Of a DNA stretch of 64,000 nucleotides, positions 51,789 to 64,000 are shown in pieces. Both the position numbers and the translations under genes were made by a program. The stretch is from Octopus vulgaris (Eukaryota), in contig OX597838.1 of the NCBI GenBank assembly GCA_951406725.2, forward strand, positions 25,296,001-25,360,000. Direction: 5' to 3'. The notes below the pieces were generated by a model. The model was given only the letters and a program-made list of their open reading frames with translations, did no database searches and was not told the DNA's origin. Every line of letters starts with the position of its first letter. Position 1 is the first letter of the stretch.

Positions 51789-52865
51789 ACATATTTATAG
51801 ACAAACATTGAAGCGTTGAGTGAGTTTGTATTTTAGAAATGAAGGGAATCCTGAATGTAGGAGAATTGCTGTGAAAACAGCTGAGTGAATTGGGTAAAAC
51901 TTTACCTGATCCTCTAAGCTGTTTCCACAGCTGTTCTCCTGTGTTCAAGATTGCTTTCCTTTCTAAAATATAAATCAAAACAAATCAAAATAGATGAACA
52001 TCAATGGAATTTGTATCTTTGTGGAAATTAGTGCCGGTGGCACATAAGAAAACCATCCGAATGTGGCCGTAGCCAGTACTGCATCGACTGGCCTCCGTGC
52101 TGTGGGCACGTAACAAACACCATCCGATCGTGGCTGTTCGCCAGCCTCGTCTGGCACCTGTTTCGGTGGCACATAAAAACACCATCCGATCGTGGCCGTC
52201 TGCCAACTGGCCTGGTGCAGCCTTCGGGCTCCCCAGACCCCAGTTGAACCGTCCAACCCATGCTAGCATGGAAGGCGGACGTTAAATGATGATGATGATG
52301 ATGATGATATGTATCAGTGCCATGTAAAAAGCAGCTGTGCTGGTGCCATGTAGAAAACACTCAGTAAAATGGTTGACATTAAGAAGAGCATCCAGGTGTA
52401 GAAACCATGCAAGAAAAAACCAAACAATCGGATCCTGGTGCAGCTCTTAAGCTTGCCAGCTTCTATCAAAGCATTCAGTACATTCCAGCACGGAAAATAG
52501 ATGTTAATTGTTATGATGTCATACTCACACATATATATATGTATATCTGTTCTTTATTACCCACAAGGGCTGAACATGACAATGGATTAAGTCGATTACA
52601 TCGACCCCAGTCGTAACTGGTACTTATTTATTTGAAGGCAAAGTCGATGATTTATGAACGTAACGGCCATACGCATTTGCCCGGGCATGCCAGGGTGTGT
52701 GTGTGGTGGAGAAGTTTGTTTCTTAACCACGTGGTTTTTGGGTTCAGTTTGACTGCATGATGTCTTGACTAAGTGTCTTTTATTATAATTATAACCTTAT
52801 AACCCCAGGCTGCCCAAAGCCTTGTGAGTGGATTTGGTAGATGGATGGGAACTGAAAGAAGCCCT

Positions 52866-52927
<62 letters not shown>

Positions 52928-53048
52928 TTGTGTAGTAAGGAGCTTGCTTGCCAGCCATATGATTCCAGGTTCAGTCCCACTGTGTGACACCTTGGGCTGA
53001 CCAAAGACTTGTGAGTGGATTTGGTAGACAGACTGAAAGAAGTCCATC

Positions 53049-53083
<35 letters not shown>

Positions 53084-53441
53084 CCTGTGTTTGTCCCCTA
53101 GCCATCACTTGACAACCAATGTTGGTGTGTCTATGTGTAACTTAGTGGTTCAGCAAAAGAGACCGATAGAATAAGTTCCAGATTTAGAAAAGATTAAGTC
53201 CTTGGGTTGATTTCTTTGACTAAAATCCCTGTAAGGTGGTGCTCCAGTATTACTGCAGTCAAATGACTGAAACGAGTAAATGAATAAAAGAATGTGTGTG
53301 TGTGTGTGGGGGGGACATTGCCTTGCTTGAAAATGGGTGCAAATGTACATAATCACATGCAGGAATGTTTGATCATTGGTCTGCTGGGTCAGGGCTGACC
53401 CAGGGCTACACCACAACCACTTCCACTTTTGCTGTGTTTAA

Positions 53442-53661
53442 CCCTTTAGCATTCAGATTACTCTGTGAAATGTGATGCTTATTTATTCACGTTGCTTTGA
53501 ATTAATCATGAGATGCCTTGTAGCTTCAAGAGTTTTATGAAGTGGTTGTTTATATTTAGAATAACATTGCAGAATAGGTGTGAGAAGCCAGATTTGGCCA
53601 GTTTGAACACAAAGTGCGTAGAATATTTTAGCCAGATATGGTCAGTTTAATTGCAAAAGGA
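53442..53661. mobile_element. piggyBac-like MITE
   Basis: TTAA|CCCTTTAGCATT ... ATTGCAAAAGGA|TTAA. Confidence 0.75.
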
Positions 53662-53759
53662 TTAATTAACTTTTTGTATCTGTCTGTCCATCAATTTATG
53701 TTTCAGTTCATCTCACCAGTCCTCCTTCTCCCCCTCTCTCTCGCTCCATTTCTCTTTGG

Positions 53760-54295
53760 CTCTCTGTCCATCCTCTCTGTTCCTTGCCACCCTCTGTCCT
53801 TTGTCTCCCTTTGTCCTCTGTCTCCCTCTGTCCTTTGTCTCCATCTGTCCCTTGCCTCCCTCTGTCCCTTGTCTCCCTCTGTCCCTTGTCTCCCTCTGTC
53901 CCTTGTCTTCCTCTGTCCCTTGTCTCCCTCTGTCCCTTGTTGCCCTCTGTCCCTTGTTGTCCTCTGTTCCTTGTTGCCCTCTGTTCCTTGTCGCCCTCTG
54001 TCCCTTGTCACCCTCTGTCCTTTGTCTCCCTCTGTCCTTTGTCTCCCCCTGTCCCTTGTCGCCCTCTGTCCCTTGTCTCCCTCTGTCCCTTGTTGCCCTC
54101 TGTCCCTTGTTGCCCTCTGTCCCTTGTTGTCCTCTGTTCCTTGTCGCCCTCTGTTCCTTGTCGCCCTCTGTTCCTTGTCGCCCTCTGTTCCTTGTCGCCC
54201 TCTGTCCCTTGTCACCCTCTGTCCTTTGTCTCCCTCTGTCCTTTGTCGCCCTCTGTTCCTTGTCACCCTCTGTCCCTTGTCTCCCTCTGTTTCCT
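53760..54295. repeat. Pyrimidine-rich minisatellite (~17 bp unit CCCTCTGTCCCTTGT[CT/TG/CG])
   Basis: About 30 tandem units, which explain the repetitive ORFs at 53638-54515. Confidence 0.95.
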
Positions 54296-54900
54296 TATTT
54301 CTGTCTTTGCCTCTCACTGCTTTCACCCGTCCCTTTACCCAGCTCCTTTACTCCTTCTGTGCCCCCAATTTCATTGTCACCCTATCTTCTCTGTCAAACT
54401 GTCACCTCTCAAGGACTTAACTCTTCATCCCATTTTTGTCCCTTCATATTGCATTTGTGTGCCACTTTCTGCTATAACCCCTGGCCAACCAAAGCATTGT
54501 GAGCGAATTTGGTAGACAAAATCTGTATGGGAGCCCATTTTAACTATATATATATGTATATATGTATATATGTGTGTGTGTTTGTCTCTGATCACTGCTT
54601 GACAACCGGTGTTGGTTTGCTTACAGCCCTATAACTTGGTATTTTGGCAAAAGATAGAACAAGTACCAATAGAATAAGCACCTGACTTAAAATAAGTACT
54701 GGGGTCGACTTATTCCACTAAACCATTCAAAGTGGTGCCCCAGCATGGCTGCATTCCACCGATTAATACAAGTAAAAAAATAGAAGATAAAGGATATATC
54801 TTTAGCTAAATTAATGTGCCCCTCCTCTTCATTTAAGATAGTAGAGTGTAATTTGAGGGGATTTGGCTTCTATTTCTAGCAATATAGCTTCCTCAAAGGA

Positions 54901-54933
<33 letters not shown>

Positions 54934-55343
54934 TGGTGGTGGTGGTAGCAGCAGGCCTTAGCTGTTGCTTTTACTCAAGGTTGATTGATATGATGATGAC
55001 TGTCTTAGCCTTATAGTTGTCTTAGGCTTAAGTTGTTTGTTTTATTGATGACGGCAGCCAGCGACACTGATGATAACGATGATTATTGTTATTATGATAA
55101 TGATGATGATGATGATGATGATGATGATCTTCACCGTATGCTTGTCCATCTCGCTCCTCCCCCCTCCACCTCACCTCTCGCGCTATGCCGTGACACAACC
55201 TCTTACACATTTTCACATTTGATTCTATGAAGAAATAAAGGATTGGTGTTTGTGTACTGGTGGGTGTGTCTGCCAAATGGCCGGAATTTAACGCGTGTTT
55301 GTATGTAAGTGTATGTGTGTATATTTCTATACAAAGACATACA

Positions 55344-55388
<45 letters not shown>

Positions 55389-55420
55389 TACATACAGTAT
55401 ATAGGCACACATACATGCAG

Positions 55421-55452
<32 letters not shown>

Positions 55453-55849
55453 GCTTTTTTTAAAAATTTCTTTGCTCGTTTCTCCACCCATCTTTCTCAA
55501 TCTCTTTCTCTGTCTTCTATCCTCATCATCATCTTCTCTCTCTCTCGCATCCTTGTTGTTCCTCTCTCTTTCTCTCTCTCATCCTTGCTGTTCCTCTCTC
55601 TTTCTCTCTCTCTCAAGGTCTTGCTTCTCTCTCTTTCTCTCACACCCCCTTCTGCTCTTCTTTCTCACTCCTCTGTGCTTCACTCTCTTTCTCAATCTCT
55701 CTGCATTTTCCTCTCCTTCTCAACCTCTCTGCACCTCTCTCTCTTTTTCTCTCTCAACCTCTCCCTTCTTCTCTCATGCCTCTCTGCCTCTCTCTTTCTC
55801 TCGCCCATCTCTGCTTCTCTCTTTTTATCACCTATCTCCGCTCTTCTCT

Positions 55850-56066
55850 CTCTCACTCACCCACCAATCCCTGCTCCTCTCTCTCCCTCACTCACCCATC
55901 CCTGCTCCTCTCTCCCTCACTCACCCATCCCTGCTCCTCTCTCCCTCACTCACCCATCCCTGCTCCTCTCTCCCTCACTCACCCATCCCTGCTCCTCTCT
56001 CTCCCTTACTCACCCACCCCTGCTACTCTCTCCCTCACTCACCCATCCCTGCTCCTCTCTCTCACC
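55850..56066. repeat. Minisatellite (~29 bp unit CTCACCCATCCCTGCTCCTCTCTCCCTCA)
   Basis: About 7 tandem units. Confidence 0.9.
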
Positions 56067-56334
56067 AGTCTCTCCTCCTACTCTCCCTCTCTCTGTCTTT
56101 TGTCCAGCTGATTTTCTATCAGCCTGTCTGTCAACCTGTGTCGCTCCTTCAATCAGTCAGACTGACTAAACGGTCATGTGATATTGATCTGTCAGGCCAC
56201 CGGATAACGTCACACACACATTCTGGAGGGGAAGGTTGAGGCAGTGATACATATACAGAAAATAGGATATAGACACTATATATATATATATATATACTTA
56301 TACACACATGTATATACTTATACACACATATATG

Positions 56335-56366
<32 letters not shown>

Positions 56367-56452
56367 CGTATGCATAATTGTCCAAAAATTCCATGAGTCA
56401 GAAGAGAACAGGCACGCATATATTAGGTAATAGATTAAATATTTTATTATTA

Positions 56453-57352
56453 AGGTGGTGAGCAGGCAAAATGGTTAGCATGCTGGATGAAATGCTGCCA
56501 GGCATTTTCGTTTGTCTTTTACATACTGAGTTCATATTCTGCTGAGGTGACTTTGCCTTTCATCCTTTCGGGGTTAATAAAATAAGCACTAGTTGAACAC
56601 TAGGGTTGATGTAATCGACTTACCCTCTCCCCTGAAATTGCTAGCTTTTTGCCAAAATTTGAAACCTTTATTATTATCATCATCATTATTATCATTATTA
56701 TTATTATTGAAGCAGTGAGCTGGCAGAATCGTTTCTGAGCTTGAAATAATACTTAGCTGCTCTTTTTCTGACTTTACATTCTGAGTTCAAATGCCGCTAG
56801 GGTTGACTGTGCCTTTCACCCCTTTGGGGTTGATAAATTAAGTACCAATGAAATACTGGGGTTGATGTAATTGACTAGTTCCTGCCCCCCCACAATTTCA
56901 ACCATTGTGCCTTTAGGAGAAACAATTATTATTATCATTATTAATAATAAGGTAGCAAGCTGGCGGAATTGTTAGCACGCCAGGCAAAATGCTTGGCGGC
57001 ATTTTGTCTGTCTTTGTGCTCTGAGTTCAAATTCTGCCGTGGTTGACTTTGCCTTTCATTCTTTCAGGTCTGATAACTTAAGTACCAGTGAAACACTGGG
57101 GTCAATGTAATCGGCTATCTCCCTCCCCCAAATTTTAGGCATTGTGCCTTAAGAAAAAGGATTATTATTATTATTTTGGGGGAGGGGGCCAGTTGATTAG
57201 ATCGACCCCATTATGCAACTGGTATTTAATTTATTGATCTTGAAAAGACGAAAGGCAGAGTCGACCTCGGTAGAATTTGAACTCAGATCGTAAAGACAGA
57301 TGAAATACTGTTAAGCATTTCACCCGGCGTGCTAATGTTTCTGCCAGCTCGC
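56453..57352. mobile_element. Cluster of four family B SINEs separated by (ATT)n
   Basis: Plus-strand copies at ~56453, ~56710 and ~56950, and a minus-strand copy at ~57190-57352. Another copy lies at 58168-58378. Confidence 0.85.
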
Positions 57353-57711
57353 TTTATTATTATTATTATTATTATTAGTAGTAGTAGTAGTAAATTTCCC
57401 CATCTACGATGGAGGTATAAAATGAGGGAGGGAAGTCATAACAGCAGTATGTATTGAGAAATGTGTAAATGGACTTGATAGATTACTGGGTGATGTCTTA
57501 GAGAAATCACATTATTGTTAGTGATGCAGCATTCTGTTGCAGCTGTATGACATGTGTTTGCGACTAAATGGCATGTGATGATGATTCACTCCCAAACTGA
57601 AATAGGCTCCTACCCTCTGTATCATGAATGGTTATGTGGACCACTCCTAACGAAAGCCAGACCTTCCTTTGACTACTACATAAAAGTATTAGGAAAAAAA
57701 TGGCTGTGGGG

Positions 57712-58164
57712 AATCCAGAGTTAAGCCTTGTTGCCAGGATTTTAACAAAAAACAAATCAAAACTCAATATCCACTAAATAATCATACTTTTTCACATTTT
57801 CCCCTGATTATCTCCTCCGTAATCCCGAAAACATTGTGACCATTGGTGCAGTCGTTTGATTGTGAAAAGGGAACAGATAGACAGATGGACATAATGCCCG
57901 TTATAGTAAGAAGTTGAGTTACTTCCCTTTGCTTCTTTTATTAGTTATCTCCCCCCTAATTTTTATTTACTTTTTTATGCCTGTAAACTGAACAATTACC
58001 CTTAATATCCACTAAATAATCATACTTTTTCACATTTTTCTTGCTAAAACCCTTCCTGATTACCTCCTTTGTAATCTTGAAAAACATCATGACCATTGGT
58101 CTAGCCGTTTGACCAGGAAGAGGGTACAGACAGACAGACAGACATAATGCCCATTATAGTAAGA
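57712..58164 (-). mobile_element. Degenerate non-autonomous Helitron with a duplicated 5' module
   Basis: Minus-strand TCTTACTATAATGGGCATTATGTCTGTCTG. Units 57766-57911 and 58004-58164 are direct repeats. GAGTTACTTCCCTT is shared with the Helitron at ~4103. Confidence 0.6.
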
Positions 58165-58704
58165 TTGAAGCAGTAAGCTGGCAGAATCATTAGCATGCTG
58201 GACTAAATGCTTAGTGGTATTTCGCTTGTCACTACTTTCTAAGTTCAAATTCCACTGAGGTCGACTTTGCCTTTTATCCTTTTGGGGTCGATGAAATAAG
58301 TACCAGTTCAGTACTGGGTCAATGTAATCAATTAGTCCCCTCCCCTGAAATTTCAGGCCTTGTGCCTATAGTAGAAATATAAAGAAATGATGGGGTTTGA
58401 GTGTAGAATATATTAATATATTATGCAAGCATAAATTTCAGAAACTTTTCAAATACAAATATAGACATCAATATACAGATAGTGATCAGCATTTGCTCAA
58501 GGGCTTTTTAAGGCCGAGTATTTTCCTTCATTAGTCTTCACACACACACCCTCTCTTTTTCTCCCTCTCTCTCTCTTTTTTCTTAGTCTATCTTTGTCTT
58601 TGCTGTATTTTGTGTTCATTCCAAATATCTCATAATCCTCTTTTATTTCTATGTCACCTCCTGATACTGTTTTTCTTCCTTCCTTCCTGCTCTTTCTTTT
58701 TCTT

Positions 58705-58796
58705 TCTTCCTTCCTTCCTTCCTTCCTTCCTTCCTTCCTTCCTTCCTTCCTTCCTTCCTTCCTTCCTTCCTTCCTTCCTCCCTCCCTCCCTCCCTC
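58705..58796. repeat. (CCTT)n microsatellite
   Basis: Seen directly. Confidence 0.95.
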
Positions 58797-59036
58797 TCAA
58801 AATCTATTCTCACTTCATTTCTTTTTCGTGTATCTTTCTCATTTACCTTTCTACACTTTCTCTCTCTTCCCATTTTCCCATTTGGTCCTTTTCTACTTAC
58901 CATTGAGCTTTAGTTGAAGACGCTTGCTCAAATTGCTGTACTGTGGGATTGAACCTAAAATTTTATAGCCGGGAAGCAGGCTTTTCAACCTCACAGCCTT
59001 GCTTGTGCCCACATACATATATGCATGTATATCTGC

Positions 59037-59088
<52 letters not shown>

Positions 59089-62060
59089 CTGTATACATAT
59101 TGCATAATGTCTGTATATATGTGTGTGTGTGTGTATACATACATACTGCATAATGTGTATGTATATATATATATAAATATATACATGTGTGTGTATAGCA
59201 TTTATGTGCATTTGTGGTTTATAAGTTTACTTTGGAACCCCATGGTTTTGAGTTCAGTTTCACTTTGCGGTTGATTGCTGTCCTTTACTAGAGCCATTTG
59301 TTGACTCTTACCTAATGAATGAAATTTAATAAACGGAACCTGTAAGAAGCATGTCATGCGTGCATGTGTGTTAATGTGTGCATAATTAAATAAGGATTGT
59401 CCTTGCCATAACATGTGCACACGAACTACAAACAGTGTCCCCATTCATACAAAAGGTGTTGTCTGTTTGTAATTCTCTGTGTCAGTTTGTCCAGACTGTT
59501 GATTGTTTAATAGACAAGGGAAAAACAGGTGAGAGTTGGCAATAGGATGACCACCTGGCTCTAGAAAATTCTGCTAGTATGACAGTGACAACAGTTTCTG
59601 TCTGAAATTCACTCACAAGGCCTTGGGCAGCCCAAGGCTATGGTAGAAGTTACTTGCCTGAGGTGCTACACAGTGGGACTGAACCCGGAACCATGTGGTT
59701 GGGTAGCAAACTTCTTACCAAACGGGCCACACACATGGATACACGTGTATACTTGGTAAGTGTCACACGCAAAACTCTTGGCCCTTGAATCACTTATGTA
59801 ATTTTATAACAAATAAACAACAACAACAATAATCTTTTCTGCTAAATGCACAAGGCCTGTAATTTTGTAGGAGGGGATTAGTTGATTACATTGACTCTAG
59901 TCTTCCACTGGTACTTATTTTATTGACCCCAAAACGATGAAAGGCAAAGTCAAACCTGGTGAATAATAACAACAACAACAACAACAATAATCTTTTCTAC
60001 TATAGGCACAAGGCCTGAAATTGATGGAAGGGAGCTAGTTGATTATATCGACCCCCAGCTTTTCACTTGTACTTAATTTATCAAACCCAATTGGATGAAA
60101 GGCAAAATTGACCTCAGTAGAATAACGATAATAATAATAATAATAATATAATAATGATAATGTGTATGCATGTGTATGTCTAAGTGTAAGAAGCTCGTGT
60201 GTGTGTATGAACAACATGTATGTATGTGTTTTATATAAATAATATATATATATATATATATATAAAGATAAAACTTACTTGGAAGAGGATGCATGGCGTT
60301 CAGTCATATAATAATATAAATAATATATATATATATGCACATATACATATATGTACATACATCCATACGTATATATATATATATATATATGTGCATATGT
60401 GGGCACAGGACATGACGAAACGTGTACAACAAAAAAGTACGGAGCATGAGTACATGTAACATGAACTATTCTTTCAAACAACAAAAAACACAAATGGAAA
60501 ACAAAACAAACAACATACAGAACGACCCTTCATCAGTTGTTGGCTGTTTTTCTAGTCTAGTATTTCGAGCATTTAACAACATATTTTCCTATATATTGTT
60601 GGCAAGGGGATGAGTTGCTCTTATCTCTTGTGGTTGAGTGCCTGTCACTGACAAGACCAAACAAGGTCAAAATCTCAATTTGGTGGTCTTGGTGTTGGAG
60701 GCTAGGGGATCTATCTTCCTCCTTGTGATATAAACAAGAGTGCATTTTGCACCAAAAACCAATATGAGTGTTTCTCTCATGGTATTTACTGCAGTATAGT
60801 TTGTTCTAACACAACATCCACATTTAAGTGGGGATAAAGATTACTTCTCTGTATTAATACTGCCTTTGCAACTAATATATATTTTTTAACTGATATAAAC
60901 ATATATGTTCCACTTTGTCCATTGAACTCTTTTTCAGCATTTTGTATCACCATACTAAATATTTGTATGTGTGTGTGTGTGCATTGCATAACAAGTTTCT
61001 TAAAATCAGTGGCATTTTGAGCTTGGCCTTCTGGGTAAAGAGATGTAGTGTGTATGATTTTGTGTGTGTGTGTGTGTGTGTCTTTATGTATGATTGTGTG
61101 TTTGTGTAGGCGGGGGCGGGAGAGAGGGAGTGAGAGAACGAAAAGAGCAGGAATGTAAAGTAGGCAGCTAATAAGAGTACCTTGGCATAAATTGGTGGAG
61201 ACCTGATGTACAAAAGTGACGGGAATGTAAAATATTACCTACAATATGTGAGGACTTTGAAGTTGGTCAAGGCTGAGAAATGCGATGTGTGTGTGTGTGT
61301 GGTATGTGTACTGAACTCTAGATATGTGAGTTGGCTATTTGTAGAGAGAGGGAGAGAGGTACAGCAACAACGAGAGAGCGACAGACAGAGGGGGTTGAGT
61401 GATTGAATGCATGGCCAGTGTTGTTTAACCCTGTGTCAACTCTGATCCTGTTGGCCTAGGATCAAATCAGTAACGAAGCAGTGACCATCTTGCCTATTTT
61501 ATCCTCTATCTTTTACCTTTTACTCGTTCCATTTATTGGGCTGTGGCCATACTGGAGCACTGCCTAGAAATGTTTTAGTCAAACAAATCAACCCCAGTAC
61601 TTATATATTTGTTTATTTTTTTTCACAGTCTGGTACTTAATTTATTAATTCCCTTTTGCTAAGCCACTAAGTTACAAGGACATAAACCAACCAGCATCAG
61701 TTTCAAGTTTTAATGGGGGACAAATACAAACAGGAAAACACACCCATGTATACACATACACGTGTACGCCACACACACACACACACAATGGATTCCCACA
61801 CTGTGTCCGTCTTCCAAATTCACCCACAAGGTATTGATCAGCATTTAGCTAAGCTTCCACACAGTGGGACTGAACCTGAAACCACATGGCTGCTAACGAA
61901 CTTCTTAATCACACAGCCCTGCCTGTTCCTTGTGCAGAAACGTCTACATTGTCCAGCATCTTCCCCCTGTGTTAAGATAGTAGGATGTAATGCTAGGACT
62001 CTAATGACCTAATGCATTGTGGGAAGTGAGTGTTATCAGCATGATTTCAACACCTTTAAT

Positions 62061-63198
62061 GGATCTTTTTAAAATGCTTCAAACTACTTGATTGAATGTG
62101 AAATTTGCACCAGATTTTTTTCCCAAATTTTTTTAATACCAATGTACTGTATGTAATTTTGCATGCTGACTACAAAAATAGCATTTCCTAGAAATTAATA
62201 ATCATCATCATCATCATCGTTTAGCGTCCGCTTTCCATGCTAGCATGGGTTGGACGGTTCAACTGGGGTCTGGGAAGCCAGAAGGCTGCAGCAGGCCCAG
62301 TCTGATCTGGCAATGTTTCTACGGCTGGATGCCCTTCCTAACGCCAACCACTCCGTGAGTGTAGTGGGTGCTTTTTACATGCCACCGGCACAGGTGCCAG
62401 ACAAGGCTGGCAAATGGCCACGAACGGATGGTGCTTTTTACATGCCACCAGCACGAGGCCAGTTGGGGCGGCACTGGCAACGGCCACGTTCGGATGGTTC
62501 TCTTACGTACCACCGGCACTGGTATCACAGCTGCAATTTCCATTGATGTTGATCGATTTCGATTTTGGATTTAATAATAAAGAAGACAAAAGCATTTGAA
62601 GTTGTAAGATACTGATAAGGAAATAATTTTATTCTCAAACACAGGATAATGCTAATAATATAGCATGTACAGGGGGATGTGAGTTTAAGTCTCATGACTG
62701 GCCACCGACAGATTTTTCTGCAAAATACGGATAGTTTATCCTGTCCATGCTATATTATTAGCATTCTCCTGCATTTGAGAATGAAATTATTTCCTTACCT
62801 GTATCTTTCAATACATCTCAATGCTTCTAAAACAAACTTTGTTTGTTGACTTTCAACACATCTAAAGTTGTGTAATTTTAGCCAATAGGAAGCCTCTGTT
62901 GCTGATGTATTGGAAGTTACATCTGCCTATTTTCAGGGTGACCACATCTTATTGTTCTTTAGTAAGCAGCAGTAGTTGTAACTTCTGATATGTCAGCAAT
63001 GGAGGGTTCCAATTAGCTAAAATTACGTAATTTTAAATGCTTGTACTTTATTATTAATTTCTAGAAAACGAAAAAAAGAAAGAAAAATGTGGTTTTCATC
63101 ATCAACATATAAAAACTACAGCAGAGTAAGAAAATTTGAAAAGAACCTGGTGAAAATTTGAAATGCATCAAGTGGTTCGAAGCATTTTAAAAAGATCC
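62061..63198. mobile_element. TIR DNA element (~53 bp TIRs) with a nested family C insertion and two internal long hairpins
   Basis: GGATCTTTTTAAAATGCTTCAAACTACTTGAT... mirrors ...ATCAAGTGGTTCGAAGCATTTTAAAAAGATCC. Confidence 0.8.
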
Positions 63199-63764
63199 AC
63201 TTGAAATCACTGATCATGTTAGATTCTTCTCTGTTGGACGGTGAGACAGAGGGTGAGTTTAGATGTCAAGAAGTTTAGAATGTTCTGTTGACATTTAGTG
63301 GGGAGTGTAAGGAAGAGTTTAATGGGAGAGGGAGATAGAGAGAGAGGTGGAAAGGGAGAGAGAGAGAGAGAGAGAGAAAGAATTTTGTGGATGCTATTGT
63401 AGCATAGCGTAAATGGTATCTGCTCTCTTTCTCTGTCTCTCTCTCTCCTCTCTCTCTGTTTCTATCTGCCTCTTTTTTGTCTCTCTCTCTCTCCTCTCTC
63501 CGTCTCTGTCTTTGGTCCCAAGGTCCTTTCAAGGACCATTTCTTAGTTGCACAAATGAATATTATATATATATGTATATAATTTTACTTTGTGTGTGTGT
63601 GGTTATAAGTACATTTATACTTTTTTCTATTTGTCTCATGTTTCCATCTCTCTCTCTCTCCCCCCACACACACACTTACATACACAAACAAAATTTACGA
63701 ATAAAATTTATGCACATATACTTGCATATAGACAAGCATGCACATTTTTAGGTGTATGTATATG

Positions 63765-63962
63765 AGTCAGACGCCATGATAGATCGTTAGCCACTACACA
63801 CATTTTTTTTCTCTCCTTGTTTTTTCTGTGTCCCTTTCTGTAGAAGAGCGTAGGCTCGAAACATAAAAGACTTTTTCTATTCCTGAGCGCTATACTAATA
63901 CATCTGTTTGTTTGTACACCACCTGTCTTCGTCTTTTGTTTTTTTTTCGTAAACTTTCCCTT
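63765..63962 (+). mobile_element. Penelope-like 3' end remnant with a hammerhead-like motif, abutting (TA)n
   Basis: CTTT-CTGTAGA-A-GAGC GTAG GCTC-GAAAC-ATA-AAAG at 63834-63869. Confidence 0.5.
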
Positions 63963-64000
63963 TATATATATATATATATATACATATACCTATATATAAT

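Noticed and set aside
53638-54515. Cys/Pro/Leu-rich and Arg/Gly-rich ORFs
   Set aside because: Translations of a 17-bp minisatellite on both strands.

Overview
AT-rich, microsatellite-dense eukaryotic DNA. The repeat content (tRNA-headed SINE families, RTE-type (GAT)n-tailed elements, long (TA)n/(CA)n tracts) looks like an octopus/coleoid cephalopod genome; this taxon call is recognition, not a database match. I cannot support any intact host protein-coding gene, and almost all ORF-track entries are microsatellite or SINE artefacts. Real coding remnants are a 5'-truncated, disrupted L1/Tx1 LINE ORF2 (10.56-13.16 kb), a DD37D (maT-type) Tc1/mariner transposase fragment (49.86-50.36 kb) and short RTE RT/C-terminal fragments. 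The rest is nested SINEs, non-autonomous hAT, piggyBac-like, Tc1/mariner and Helitron elements, and tandem repeats. Notable signals: (1) a tRNA-headed (Pol III) element ending in a Penelope-type minimal hammerhead ribozyme with an inverted pLTR-like copy (0.82-1.17 kb), plus a second hammerhead-like motif at 63.8 kb; (2) a SINE family whose 3' tail matches the Tx1 LINE in this window; (3) several fold-back or palindromic structures, including a ~295 bp inverted duplication and a pre-miRNA-sized hairpin; (4) a CpG-retaining domain at ~13.5-27 kb between CpG-decayed flanks; (5) a 13-unit hairpin minisatellite that superficially resembles CRISPR. Repeat boundaries are approximate unless a TSD is quoted.
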